From Eledone cirrhosa (Eukaryota): 64,000 bases of DNA. Shown here in pieces: positions 13,514 to 27,461 of the stretch. A model generated the notes under the pieces. The model saw nothing but the letters and a program-made list of their open reading frames with translations, was not told the DNA's origin and made no database searches. Within the stretch, counting starts at the first letter, position 1. Every line of letters starts with the position of its first letter. The stretch is taken from NCBI GenBank assembly GCA_964016885.1, contig OZ024747.1, positions 38,006,001 to 38,070,000 of the forward strand. Direction: 5' to 3'. The translations under genes were made by a program, and so were the position numbers.

Positions 13514-15626
13514 TTAATAAAGTAATATTCCTTGCTGATGCGCATTGCTGTGGGTGGCATTATCTTTAAATTTGTAGAGGGGAAAGATTCTGAAGTTGGG
13601 ATGATTTTGGGCGGCATAGGTATCAATGTGTTCACTCAGTGGTATTTTCCTGTATTCCCGTATTTTAATTTGGGATCTATGGACAGTCATGCGTTTGCGG
13701 AAGCTGTTTTTGGTCTGGCCTATGTATTGTTCTCGATAACCTGAGCAAGTTAATACATATATTAAATTTTCTGATGCGCATGTGAAATTGTGTTTTACTA
13801 TAAAACGCTGTACTTCTTTGAAATAGAACTCCGAACCCTCTATTAGGTTGATCAAATGCCACAGTTGGGTCTATCGCATTTTTTTTACTGTGGGTTTCCT
13901 TGTTGTGGTTGGCAGTACTTTGGCATGTGTTAGGATGTTTTTCATTGACTTAGATTGTCTTTTGCTCTTTATGATATCGTGTGTTCGTAGGATTTGGTTC
14001 ATTCTATGGTCCCTTTTCAACACAGGGATGTTCTGGAGGATGGTGTCAAAGTCCTCATTGTTGAGGGGTTGTGTGTGGAGATGTATGGAAGAGCTTTCAG
14101 TTTCGGTTGATTTACTTTAGGGTGTCTAAGGTCCTGGGTACTGAGTTTTAGGGCACGTTGGATTCCATTGTCTATTAGTGATGCAGGGTAGTTCCTGCCT
14201 ATGAGTGTGTCCTTTAGTTCTTGTAGCCGTAAGTAACAGGTGTTTTTATTGGAGACTATAGTACAGATTCTCTTGGATAAGTTGTAGGAATATTAATTTT
14301 AACGTGTCTAGGGTGGCAAGAGTTGAAAGGAAGATATTGCTTGGAGTCTGTGGGCTTGTAGTATATATCTGTTTCTATTTGTTTGTTATGGATCTTAATG
14401 AGGATGTCGAGGAAGGGGAGTTGTTTATGGCTGTATTCCATCGTGAAGTTAATCTTCGTGTTGAGCCTATTTATAAGGGCGTGAAATTCTTTAAGTTTCT
14501 CGATGTTTTCGTGCCAAAGGATGAAGCAGTCATCTAGATATCGGTTCCAGTTCCTTTCTATGTGTAAGTGGAGAGTGTTTCCAAATTTGTTTAGGACTTT
14601 AGTGTAGAGGGTGATTTCCAGGTATCCCATGACTAGGTTAGCATAAGTGGGGGCTGTTTTCGTTCCCATAGCGGTCCCAGATTTCTGCCTGTAGGGTTTG
14701 TTATTGAAAACGAAGTAATTGTTCTCCAAGATAAATTTGAGTCCCTCTATCACGAATTCTTTTTTGATGCGTTGTGGGAGTTCATTGTGGTAATTATCTA
14801 GCCAGAATTGGATAGCTTCTATTCCTAGATTGTGGGGGATGTTGGAGTATAGGTTGACTACATCGAACGTCACTAGTAGGGTTTGTTCAGAAAGTGGCAT
14901 ATTAGGGAGGTGATTGAGCATATCTAGGTCGTCCCTTATATAGCTTTTGATGTGTTTGAGAAAAGGCTTGAGAAGGGTATCAATGAAGTTACTGAGGCGG
15001 TGGGTTTCGCAAGCGGGGCTTGCTATTATAGGTCTTAATTTGAGATCATTGGGTGAGGGGACATTGATGACTATGTCTGTGGCTTCCTTGCATGCCTTAC
15101 TTATTAATTCGCTTTTATGTACTTTAGGGATACCGTAGAAAAGGCTGGATTTACTTGTGAAGTCTGTGATGAAGCTGAATTCCTTGTTAGTGCGTCCTTC
15201 ATTGTATTGGTTGATCAGAGTATTTAGGTTTCTCATAATTTTCTGTTGATTGTAGTGTTCAGCCTTTTCGTAGTATGTTTCGTTTTCCAAAGTGGAGAGC
15301 GCTAAGTTGATATAGAATTCTGTCTCCATTAGGACTACTGTACTCCCTTTATCAGCCTCTTTAATTGTAATGGTTCTGTCGGTTTTTAATCTATTTAATT
15401 CTTCCCATTCTTTCTTGTTGAGGTTTGGCTTGTGTTTTTGTCTGTGCAAGTGTTGGTAAGGGAAGTTTGTGATGTGTTCACAGAATTCATCCAGGATTTT
15501 ATTTCTACCTTCTGATGGGGTGTAATTGCTTCTATTTCTGGCTAATGATTCATCCTCATTGTACTGGTCGAATAGTTGTTCACTGAGTCGTAACTTTCTA
15601 CAGAAGTCTGTGATGTCTTCCTTCAT
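13514..15626 (-). pseudogene. PLE reverse transcriptase + GIY-YIG (frameshifted), left arm
   Basis: KEADKG, FYGIPKVHK, LRPII, FDVVNLYSNI, GTAMGT, RYLDD, LPFLD, YKPTD; FTCASENLIYVLTC..YIGQTKNSFRKRMTVHR. Confidence 0.92.
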
Positions 15627-16889
15627 TTCATAGTAGTTAGGACGTAGTGGGGTCGGTGTGAATTTAAGACCTTTGGAGAGTAAGTTGATAAGGTTGGGTG
15701 TTGGTTCTGCACTAGTAAGATTGATAATTTTTATTACTCTCGGTTTCTCTTCCCTGTCTTGTGTTATTTTGTTTGCCTGTATCTGTGTGCTGTGTCTAAA
15801 AAATGGTTGGGGTAGAGGGTTGTCTGCTGATGTTAAGTGGTCTCCTGTGTTTGTTATATTCCTTGTTGTTGTAAAATGTGGTTCGGGTTGGTGGTTGTAG
15901 ATTGAATGGGGTGTTCCTGTACTGCGAGTATGGGTGTGTGTTTCTATGTGACATGTTGGATTGTGGTGTTATAGGTGGTCTACGTTGTTGGTTGTATCCT
16001 GTGGTGTGGGTTTGTTGTGTATTGTGGAAGCGAGAGTTGAGAAAATGGAAATTACCTTACTGTCCCCTTGAAGCGGGGAAGTTGTTACATCTATCATGGT
16101 GGTGGTATCTTTTCCCAAGTTTGACGATGAGGCATCCGCGTAGTAGTTGAGTGATTTGGTATGGTGTCTCCTTGAAGGGGGAAAGTTGTAAATGTCATTC
16201 TGGGGGAGATGATTTCTAGGGTTTTTGTTCCTTCTTATGGTAGCGAGGTTGGGAAGTTCATCTTCGGTGTGGTGCTTCCTACTTCGTTTGTTAGTGGCTT
16301 GGGGGTTTTCGAAGTTGTTGTGCGGTTCAGTTATGGGTTTTCCTATTTTTATGAACGGGTTATTGGAGGCGTAATCCGTCTGAAAAGTCGATTCATAGTG
16401 TAGGAACCAAGCGGCACTTTTTTCCCAGCGTTGAAGGGATTTAAGTTCTTCTCTGTTGCAGTCCCCTTTCCATGAATCGACTGAATCGACTTTTCCATAA
16501 ATCTATGAATCGACTTTTCAAACGGATTAAACCTCCTATAACCCGTTCATAAAAATAGGAAAACCCATAACTGAACCGCACAACAACTTCGCAAACCCCC
16601 AAGCCACTAACAAACGAAGAAGGAAGCACCACACCGAAGATGAACTTCCCAACCTCGCTACCATAAGAAGGAACAAAAACCCTAGAAACCATCTCCCCCA
16701 GAATGACATTTACAACTTCCCCCTTCAAGGAGACACCATACCAAATCACTCAACTACTACGCGGATGCCTCATAGGAAAAAGATACCACCACCATGATAG
16801 ATGTAACAACTTCCCCGCTTCAAGGGGACAGCAAGGTAATTTCCATTTTCTCAACTCTCGCTTCCACAATACACAACAAACCCACACCA

Positions 16890-18611
16890 CAAAGAAGGAC
16901 GCACTAACAAGGAATTCAGCTTCATCACATACTTCACAAGTAAATCCAGCCTTTTCTACGGTATCCCTAAAGTACATAAAAGCGAATTAATAAGTAAGGC
17001 ATGCAAGGAAGCCACAGACAGAGTCATCAATGTCCCCTCACCCAATGATCTCAAATTAAGACCTATAATAGCAGGCCCCGCTTTCGAAACCCACCGCCTC
17101 AGCAACTTCATTGATACCCTTCTCAAGCCTTTTCTCAAACACATCAAAAGCTATATAAGGGACGACCTAGATATGCTCAATCACCTCCCTAATATGCCAC
17201 TTTCTGAACAAACCCTACTAGTGACGTTCGATGTAGTCAACCTATACTCCAACATCCACCACAACATAGGAATAGAAGCTATCCAATTCTGGCTAGATAA
17301 TTACCTCAATGAACTCCCACAGCGCATCAAAAAAGAATTCGTGATAGAGGGACTCAAATTTATCTTGGAGAACAATTACTTCGTTTTCAATAACAAACCC
17401 TACAGGCAGAAATCTGGGACCGCTATGGGAACGAAAACAGCCCCCACTTATGCTAACCTAGTCATGGGATACCTGGAAATCACCCTCTACACTAAAGTCC
17501 TAAACAAATTTGGAAACACTCTCCACTTACACATAGAAAGGAACTGGAACCGATATCTAGATGACTGCTTCATCCTTTGGCACGAAAACATCGAGAAACT
17601 TAAAGAATTTCACGCCCTTATAAATAGGCTCAACACGAAGATTAACTTCACGATAGAATACAGCCATAAACAACTCCCCTTCCTCGACATCCTCATTAAG
17701 ATCTATACAAAAAAATAGAAACAGATATATACTACAAGCCCACAGACTCCAAGCAATATCTTCCTTTCAACTCTTGCCACCCTAGACACGTTAAAATTAA
17801 TATTCCTACAACTTATCCAAGAGAATCTGTACTATAGTCTCCAATAAAAACACCTGTTACTTACGGCTACAAGAACTAAAGGACACACTCATAGGCAGGA
17901 ACTACCCTGCATCACTAATAGACAATGGAATCCAACGTGCCCTAAAACTCAGTACCCAGGACCTTAGACACCCTAAAGTAAATCAACCGAAACTAAAAGC
18001 TCTTCCATACATCTCCACACACAACCCCTCAACAATGAGGACTTTGACACCATCCTCCAGAACATCCCTGTGTTGAAAAGGGACCATAGAATGAACCAAA
18101 TCCTACGAACACACGATATCATAAAGAGCAAAAGACAATCTAAGTCAATGAAAAACATCCTAACACATGCCAAAGTACTGCCAACCACAACAAGGAAACC
18201 CACAGTAAAAAATGCGATAGACCCAACTGTGGCATTTGTATCAACCTAATAGAGGGTTCGGAGTTCTATTTCAAAGAAGGACTGCGTTTTATAGTAAAAC
18301 ACAATTTCACATACGCATCAGAAAATCTAATATATGTATTAACTTGCTCAGGTTATCGAGAACAATACATAGGCCAGACCAAAAACAGCTTCCGCAAACG
18401 CATGACTGTCCATAGATCCCAAATTAAAATACAGGAATACAGGAAAATACCACTGAGTGAACACATTGATACCTATGCCGCCCAAAATCATCCCAACTTC
18501 AGAATCTTTCCCCTCTACAAATTTAAAGATAATGCCATCCACACTGAGCGCATCAGCAAGGAATCTTGCTTTATTAACAAATACGGACCCCGTCTAAACA
18601 CTTCTCCCTAA
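16890..18611 (+). pseudogene. PLE reverse transcriptase + GIY-YIG (frameshifted), right arm
   Basis: Same RT motifs (GTAMGT, RYLDD, LPFLD) and endonuclease C-terminus as the left arm. Confidence 0.92.
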
Positions 18612-19341
18612 GACGAACCCACAACATACACACGTCAACATACATACCTACATCAGCATACATATCTTCCCACATATAAACACAATGATATACGTAAACA
18701 CACATGTTCTATGGTGCAACACAAATATACACACATATGCATACCTTTTGATGTCTATAGATATAAACGTGCCGACACACACACATACATAAACGCACAC
18801 ATGCATTGCACACTGATGGGCACATACATATTTGTGCACAGGTGTTCCGGTACGGCGGGGCCTAGTGAGTTCCACTTGCAGTACGTACAATCTGGACACA
18901 CTCCAGATACATATTTGTGCACAGGTATGCAATTTTTGGACACCCTCCAGATAAATGTGTACAATTTGTGCACAGGTATACAATTTGTGCACGGGTATAC
19001 ACTTTCTGGACACACTCCAGATACATATTTGTGCACAGGTATTCCAATACGGCAAGGCCTAATGGATCCCCTTGGAGTACGTGCGGTCTGGGCACACACA
19101 CTCACATAGACCTTGGTATTATGCCAATACTATATATCATTTCACACCTTTTATTATTAAGGTTTTTGATGTTCTATTGAGAGAATCGATTTTACTGAAA
19201 ATATCGAATAATGTACACCATTTTAACAGAAATAAATACTGATCCACCCACCCACCCACACACACACAGATTCTCTCTCTCACACACACACACACATATA
19301 TACACACACACATACACACGCATACATTAACATACAAAGAG

Positions 19342-19373
<32 letters not shown>

Positions 19374-20149
19374 TTCTCCGTATAAGACAAGAACTGAAAA
19401 AATATCTTTTAACATGTTAAAATATCCCCCACACACTTACAGACACATTCCTACTGACCATTCCTCTACCACGAATTACTCTGCTACACCCCCCCCCACA
19501 CACACAAACACTTGTCATAACAGGCATTTGAACTGTCAACAGGCTGCGGTTCGCACACACATCCCTGCTGACCATTATCACAACAACGAACCTCTTTACT
19601 ACTACTACACACACACACACATATTTGTTAGACTTATTTCTCAGTCAGCCGACACAAACCTACATTTGGCGCAAAATCAATTTTTTACATTCACATGACC
19701 TCTACCGAACCAATCAAAATTGCTTTGACCACAAGAATTTTTGCAACACGAATTGGCGCAAAACTTATTTTAATACCGCTGGAGCCACTTTTTTAACATA
19801 AAAACAGGTAGAATTCCCAAAACTAATCAGATCAGAGCAAACATCACGGACGCTCTATCTTAAAATTATTTTCGAAAAGCATTAGAAATGCGCAACCGGT
19901 AAAACTTAAAACCAAAACTTAATACTAACCAATACTATTACTAATTATCACTTATTCCTAATTAAACTATTTTTCACTGTGAACAATTTGTCAGCATTTT
20001 CTATTCCGTTTACCAATATATTATAACTTGTGTGTTACACCTCTATTCTTTTAAATATATATATATATATAGATATATATATTCATTAAAATAACAGATT
20101 AATGTTTAAGCTAAGAATCGCTGATTTTAGTCTTCAAATTTATTATTAT

Positions 20150-20221
<72 letters not shown>

Positions 20222-20231
20222 ATATATAAAG

Positions 20232-20323
<92 letters not shown>

Positions 20324-20646
20324 ATAAATATATATGTGTTTTGCAACGTGTCACTTTGTGGCTCAATGAAGAATTAATAAATTAAATAATCAGAGCTATA
20401 TATCATAAAACATGTCTATAGAATCGCCAGATAAAATATATACCGTTTCCTCTCCCAATTAGGATAATTAACCATATAGAAAATCAATTAGACCAAGCTA
20501 TAAGAATAAAGGCTCCTATGAAGAAATCTCCGACAAATAACCGACCTTCTACCGATACTGGCAATCAAAATCTCATAGATTCGATATTATATGTGGTAAA
20601 GCGTTTAACGTGAAAGAGTAATGTAAATGTTAAAGAGTTAACAGTA

Positions 20647-20712
20647 TTTTATTATGCGCATTTCGAATACAAAATCATCCTGGGACAAAAATTGTGTTCT
20701 CATCAGATAAAA
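20647..20712 (-). ncRNA. Candidate type I HHR (family D element, ~20320-20800)
   Basis: TTTTAT-CTGATGA-GAACACAA...TTGTATTC-GAAA-TGCGCA-TA-ATAAAA: perfect core, 6-bp stem I, palindromic stem III. Downstream tail related to 42230-42435 and 42940-43085. Confidence 0.7.
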
Positions 20713-21631
20713 TAAGGTGACATGATATGAGGCATAATAGCACTTGTTTACAGGAAAGTGCTAAGTCTACATATGACAGAAATATAAGTGTTAATACTAT
20801 AGCAAGGAAAATAGAAGAAAAGGAAAGAAGAGGAGAAAAAGGAAAAAGAAAGAGAAGAAAGGAAGAAAAGAAGAAAAAAGAAAGAGAGAGAGAGAGACAG
20901 AGAGAACGAGAGAAAGAGGGAGAGAGAGAACGCTGTCAAATTGAAAACAGCCGTAAATAACGGTTAAAAAGTAAATTGATGAGATGTGTGTGCGAATATT
21001 ATAAACGGTATTCAAATATTATAGGTCTAAATATATAAACTGGGTAAATTATTTTATATTGGGGTTAAATACTAAAATTTGATTAAGAAGTGTAAAAATG
21101 TATTAATAAAATAAAATAAAATAAAATAAATATAAAAAGATTTTTATAAAATAAAATAAAAATAAAAATAATCTATGTCAAAATTAATAATTTTTAGTAA
21201 AAAAATATATATGTGGGGTATACTATTTAATTTTTATTTTATATCAACAAGTAAATAAAGGAAATTGTTAGAAAGATTTATAAACGTAGAAAGACATATG
21301 ACGTCATAATTTGTTTACAAAATCTACGAAGTTTGAGCGAAAATCTAAGGTTATAGAAAAAAGATCAAAGGCTTAATATATGATGAGAAAACCAAATTAA
21401 TACATTGTAGAATATATTGAAAGATGTGTAAAGATAACTGTGACTCGTGGAATATGTTATAGGACATCAGCTATATACTTTGTGCAAGGTCTTGTAGGAT
21501 TTATGATTACAAAGTCCAAATAAATCGGTCCTTCGATTTATTATTATATATAATCCAGTGCTACCAACTGTTGAGGGCTACTTATCTGATATATGCATAG
21601 ACTTATTGTGCTACAATATTACTCACCTTCT

Positions 21632-21691
<60 letters not shown>

Positions 21692-21932
21692 ATATATATA
21701 TATATTATGTGTATATATATACATATATAAATATATATATATATATGTGCATAGTAATAATAATAAATGTGAAGACTAAAATCCAAAGAGGGCTCGATAA
21801 GAATAAATATATATCAAATATATAAGAACCCTTGAGCAAATATTTATTAAACAAATATTTATTAAAATAACAGATTAAAGTTTAAGCAAAGAATCACTGC
21901 TTAATGTTTCAGAAGATCCCGTTAAGGGATTA

Positions 21933-21986
<54 letters not shown>

Positions 21987-22166
21987 GATAAATCTACCAA
22001 AATATACGGCAGTGTCCAATCCGTAGAACTCAATGTAATCCGAATATCATGAAAAGAGAAGATGTATTAAAAAAATTTTTTCGGTGAAAATTAACGGAAA
22101 ACAGAGTCAAGATAAATTAATAAAATAATGAATAAACAAAGAAACAGTTCCTTATATTAAAAAATT

Positions 22167-22302
22167 CATCATTTTACGATCGTTTCTAGGATATATATGT
22201 TAGCGTTGGTATGCATATCCTATAGATCTATGTACAATTTTTACAAACTATCAGAGGGAATATACATACCTACACATATATATGCTGTCTTCAGAAATAA
22301 TG
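22167..22302 (-). ncRNA. Candidate long-loop-II HHR, family C second copy (element ~21984-23400)
   Basis: CATTATTT-CTGAAGA-CAGCATATATATGT...ACATATATATCCTA-GAAA-CGATCG-TA-AAATGATG. An ~222-bp tandem duplication (22291-22740) lies upstream in sense. Confidence 0.6.
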
Positions 22303-23402
22303 ATATTTGTTTATTGAAAAAACCAACAAAGATTTAATACAATAGGTCTGTTTGGGAACAGGTTTTGAATTGACCAATAGAAGGTCAAGATAGTAATATA
22401 GTAATAAAGGAACCTTAATTTATGGGTAGAGGAAGGTAGATTTCAGTTTTGGATGGAAAGAATATTATGAATGAAAGATTATTTTAGGGATGAGAATAGG
22501 TCATATGCTGACCTCAGAAATAATTATATTTGTTCATTGAATAAAACCAACAAAGATTTAATATAGGAGGTTTGTTTGGGAACAGGTTTTGAATTAACCA
22601 ATAGAAAGGTAATAATTGGCCAAATGGTAAAATAGTAGTAATTGAAATTTATTTTGGGGTAGAAGAAGGCAGATTTCAGTTTTGAATGGAAGGAGTATGA
22701 AGAATGAAAAGTTTATTTTAGGGGTGAAAATAGGTCAGGTCAGTAAAAAATAACACGAAAAGTTGTTGTTATAAAAGAATAATGCCAATGTAAATATCTA
22801 AGGAGACTAGAATTTTACGATAAAAGTGTTAGTGAAAAAAATATATATGGAATTTATATTTATGAAAAGAATATGAATTAATTTAATTGATGGGTATATT
22901 TATATTGATAAAATTATATTAATGCATATAGATATGATAAATAAGAGTTAGATGTAATTGAAGAGTGCTGTTAAAGACGAGGGGAAATTAAATAAATATA
23001 AAAAGAATATATATATATATATATATAATTATTGGGGGGGGGGGGTTAAATTTATTAGTGAGAAATAATAAATATATAGAGATTTCAAGGAACATAGAAT
23101 CATAACCTGAAATTAAAACATTATATATGTTTACTTAATGATATCAATTTTAGGAAAAGATAGTTGTAAGAAGGAAAGTAAAATTATGTAGTTCATCAGT
23201 AGTAGAATATTAATTATAGGTTAACTAAATTAAAAATAGTTTTTATATTAATTTCTAAAATGTATATTAATTAGGTTTATAATATTTAAAGGTTTTTCTC
23301 AGTTTATGATTACACGATATTACTAATTCCTGTCGCTTATTTAATAGGATATCCTTAGATTTCATTATTTCAAAAAGTTCTTGGGAACATAATCTACATT
23401 CA

Positions 23403-23940
23403 TATCTATTATTATGATAATTATTATGATATATATAAAACAGAGAATGTCTGTCTGTCTGTCTGTCTGCCCCACCTAAAACTCGAGAACCACCCAGCTG
23501 ATCTTTTTCAAACTTTACAGATGTAAAGTGTGAGTGTTTTGAGCAAAAAATATTTCAAATGTTCAATGCCCTAGCGACCGCATTAGGTGCCGGTTAGCGA
23601 TCTCTTTCTTAGTCTGTCTTTTTAGATAGATACAGAGCTTATAATATCTGTCTGTATGTCTGGCTGTCTACATTACATTTTGAAAACATTGACTTCTCTA
23701 TCTGCCTGGGGAACAGCGAAGGATTCAAGGGAACGAGCGAAGGATTCAAGAACACCCGCTTTGTCTGTCCCCTTGTAGATTCAATTTGGATTGCCTCGGG
23801 AACGTAACCTTATTATTTAAGAAGCTGTCTGATGATGTCACGACACTGGGTACACGCAATCGTGTGGCCACTGTCGTCATTGAAATATGTATCACAGCAT
23901 TATCATTAAAGGACTTTAACATCTTAAACTACTACGCATT
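23403..23940 (+). mobile_element. Probable non-autonomous Helitron-like 5' fragment
   Basis: ATCTATT..TATATAAAACAGAGAATG(TCTG)n..CTAAAACTCGAGAAC..TTCAAACTTTACA, similar in layout to Helitron-like 5' ends. Recognised by pattern only. Confidence 0.35.
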
Positions 23941-23961
23941 TTCTTATTCTATATATATATT

Positions 23962-25990
23962 TCATCCGGAGAGGTTACCCTCCTCCCTCGTCCACACCGC
24001 CCTCACTCGGGCGCCCGTGCTCTCCACCGCTCCACCGCTCTCACCCCAAGCCACCACACACCCACCCACTGTCTCCCCTTCCTCATCACCTACCAGCCCT
24101 CCACCCTACCCCTCCACCGAACCATCATCCGGCTTTTCCGACGCCTCCAATCCGACCCCTTTACTCCCCCATCTTCCCATCGCACCCCTCCGCTCCTTCA
24201 AATGCGCGCGCAATCCCCGCACCCTCCTCGTCCGCAGCTCCCTACCACCCAACCGACGCTTTTCTTCCCCCTCCCGGTTCCCTTCCCTGCCCCCACATCA
24301 CCAACAACACCACCTTAGAGGGTCCCAATGGCCACTCTCTCTCTGTCAGGGATCCCTTCGGCTGCACCTCCTCCAACCTAGTCTATGGACTTCGCTGCAC
24401 GGAGTGCACCGCAACCTACGTCGGACAGACTGGACGTCGCCTGGCGGACTGTTTCACGGAACACTTCCGGGATATTCGTTTCTGCGGGAGTTCCCCCATC
24501 GCCCGCCACTTTGGCTCCCCTGGACATTCCGCCAACCACCTCACAGTCTGTGGACTACTCCAATATCATGGAACACCCGCCACCCGCCTCACGGTCGAAC
24601 AACATACCATCTTCACCCTACATACCCACACACCCCCTGGCCTGAACTCCCCACCCCATATTCCTTTAGCCTTCGACCGCCCACCTTTCCCCCCACACAT
24701 CTCCCACTAACACCACTAACACACTCCTCCATTTCACCGTCTCGCCCCCTTGGCCCACCCCACAACTAATAATACTAACAACAATACCCCACCCCCGGCC
24801 TTCACCAACTAACAATACAAACATCCCCACCTCTCTCCCTAACACCCGCGCACCCACACCACCACACGTACACACCCACCTCTACATATATACACGCACT
24901 CACACTATCCACACACCCTACTACCACCACTAACCCTCACCCACACATCCACTCCGACCACCCCACAACTAATATCACTAACATCCCCCCGACCCCACGC
25001 ACACGAACACACATCATCACACACCCACTACACCTACGTACACCACCCACTCCAAACACCCAACCACCACTAACCACCACTTACACACCCGCATTCAACA
25101 CTTTCCCCACCACCAATAATACTAACACCCACTAACAGCCCCTCTAGCACACACACACACACCAGTACACTACAGTCCCACCTCCGTCCATAACGCCTTT
25201 TCTCTCCCTCTCTCTCTACCCGCTGCACCTACACCCCTTCTCACACACATCCCACTAACTCCTCCACTAATATACACCGCATCCCCCCACATCACCACCT
25301 TCCCCCTCCACTTTTCACACCTACCCCTCCTCTCCCCTGTCCACCGCACCTCCGCATCTCCGCACACACAGACACACAGTCCCCACCACACACAGACCCT
25401 TTCTTTACCTGTCATCCCCCTATACTGCTATCTCTTCACCCTGCCTTGACACTTTGACCACTTCCTGTTGCGCGCGCATCCCACATCTCTCCACTTCTGA
25501 CCACCACCGGTCATCGTTCCAGCTATCCACTCCATAACATGAGAAATATCCAACCACTCATCGCACACTCCACGGAAACACCTTAGGAACATACCCACGA
25601 ACGAACACTCACATTTTTTTCGAACCACTCCACCTACATCAACACCACTTATAAACACAAACACACACGAGTATAGCCCCACATACACACTCTCAGCCTC
25701 CGGAATCCACACGCCCCCTCCCCACCCCTCTGCCCCCTCTCCATCCACACGCACGCACACACTGGTTCCCCTTTTCCTGAACATGGAACCTCGTTCTTCC
25801 CCCAACTCTCACATTCACATACACACACACACACACACACACACGTACACCTACACACATACACAATCACCACCACCGCCTCTCTCTCCCCACTCCTCCC
25901 CCACCACCCCTACACGCTCTCAAAAGCGTGAACCTAATAAACTCGTATTTGTGCTGCCTCTCTGTTTTTGTTCCCGTCTAAGATTTAACT
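23962..25990 (+). mobile_element. C-rich 5'-truncated PLE (GIY-YIG at ~24345-24650) between TA tracts
   Basis: Frame not in the ORF track: VRDPFGCTSSNLVYGLRCTECTATYVGQTGRRLADCFTEHFRDIR...PIARHF..PGH...EQHTIFTLHTHTPPGLN. Upstream linker LRSFKCARNPRTLLVRS. AATAAA near the 3' end. Confidence 0.85.
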
Positions 25991-26450
25991 ATATATATAT
26001 ATATATTTAGGTTTGTTGGTTCACCACTGGATAGAACTGGTCATTCCGTATGGTCAATCTTGATGCAATATTATGGAGAGTACTCAACGTAATGCAGCTC
26101 ACCCGTCTTGTGGTGCGAGTACGGAGTTAATTATTATAAAATAACAGGAGGCTGGACTGGTGTAAATCCTTGAAAGCTTTATTATACCATGATCACTTCA
26201 ATGACCGGGTTCAGTATGAATCCGGTGATATCATCAGGTATTCGAAATATAACAAAGGAATATAACAGATAAAATCCATGGGGTTGAAAATCAGAGACAA
26301 GAGGACGACCGACTATTTAGCAGCTTCTACCACAGTAGAAGGGATATTCAATAAGCTGAAGGGCTATTCAATTGTTGGTAATTCAACAAATATAAATGTT
26401 TATAACTGATTCAGGGCACTCAACAGTTTTCTGGAGTATAATATACAATG

Positions 26451-26774
26451 ATATTAAATAAATGGAAACTATACTTATAAAACCATATTTATTCTATTAT
26501 ATATATTTCAAGGGTACCAAAAAGTTTGGTACGCTATCATCAGATAAAATACGAAGTGTGTTTTATAAATGTTGATACAACCAAGGATAATATACCTTAA
26601 CGGTTCAAGTTATCCCTTGAACCGTTAAGGTATATTATCCTTGGTTATGTCAAAATTTATAAAACACACTTCGTATTTTATCTGATGATAGCGTACCAAA
26701 CTTTTTGGTACCCTTGAAATATATATAATAGAATAAATATGGTTTTATAAGTATAGTTTCCATTTATTTAATAT
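26451..26774. mobile_element. Fold-back HHR element, family E (second copy 29288-29578)
   Basis: 159-bp arms 26451-26609 / 26616-26774; right end in TA repeat. Confidence 0.85.
26676..26733 (+). ncRNA. Candidate type I HHR (mirror 26492-26549 minus)
   Basis: TTTTAT-CTGATGA-TAGCGTACCAAA CTT TTTGGTACCCTT-GAAA-TATATA-TA-ATAGAA. Confidence 0.7.
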
Positions 26775-26804
26775 ATATATACACATAAATATATATATAT
26801 ATGT

Positions 26805-26848
<44 letters not shown>

Positions 26849-27310
26849 CTATATATATATATATATACTATATATATATATATACATATATATATATACA
26901 TACAAACACACACACATTATAGGGGACTACGTTTCGAGAACAATATTCACATTCGTTATTATGTCTGCTGCCCTCCAATGAAATCGTTATAAGATAGTGG
27001 TTTGTTTTTGTAGGTTACAGCAGCTAGCGTGAAGAGGAGGGTTTCTAGTGGATATAATAAGTATTAAGTGGAGGAACAGTTATCGTCGCTATGTTGCGCT
27101 TATTCTCTACTTAATTACAAACCCATATCCTCATTTACACCACTTAGAATATTGCATACACTCAAACCCGATGTGCGAGCAAGCACACAGTCATTCACTT
27201 ATTCATATCCTTCTCTCCCACGCTCTGTGTGTCTGTGTGTGTATATATATATATAACCCAATATATTGTACTGTACTGATTGTGTTGTTATTTCTGTTTA
27301 CCTTTTTCAT

Positions 27311-27395
<85 letters not shown>

Positions 27396-27414
27396 TATAT
27401 ATATATTAATACAT

Positions 27415-27461
<47 letters not shown>

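Larger units (their letters stand above)
12070..20065. mobile_element. Penelope-like element present as an ~8 kb head-to-head inverted duplicate
   Basis: Left arm (minus) 12070-~16470; right arm (plus) 16503-20065 with an ~0.8 kb internal deletion near 16890. Arms highly similar; both outer ends in TA repeats. Confidence 0.92.

Noticed and set aside
23786-24769. 327-aa Pro/Ser-rich ORF as a host gene
   Set aside because: Spans a TA-flanked element boundary; only part is in frame with the PLE linker, and the real GIY-YIG is in another frame. C-rich bias suppresses stops.
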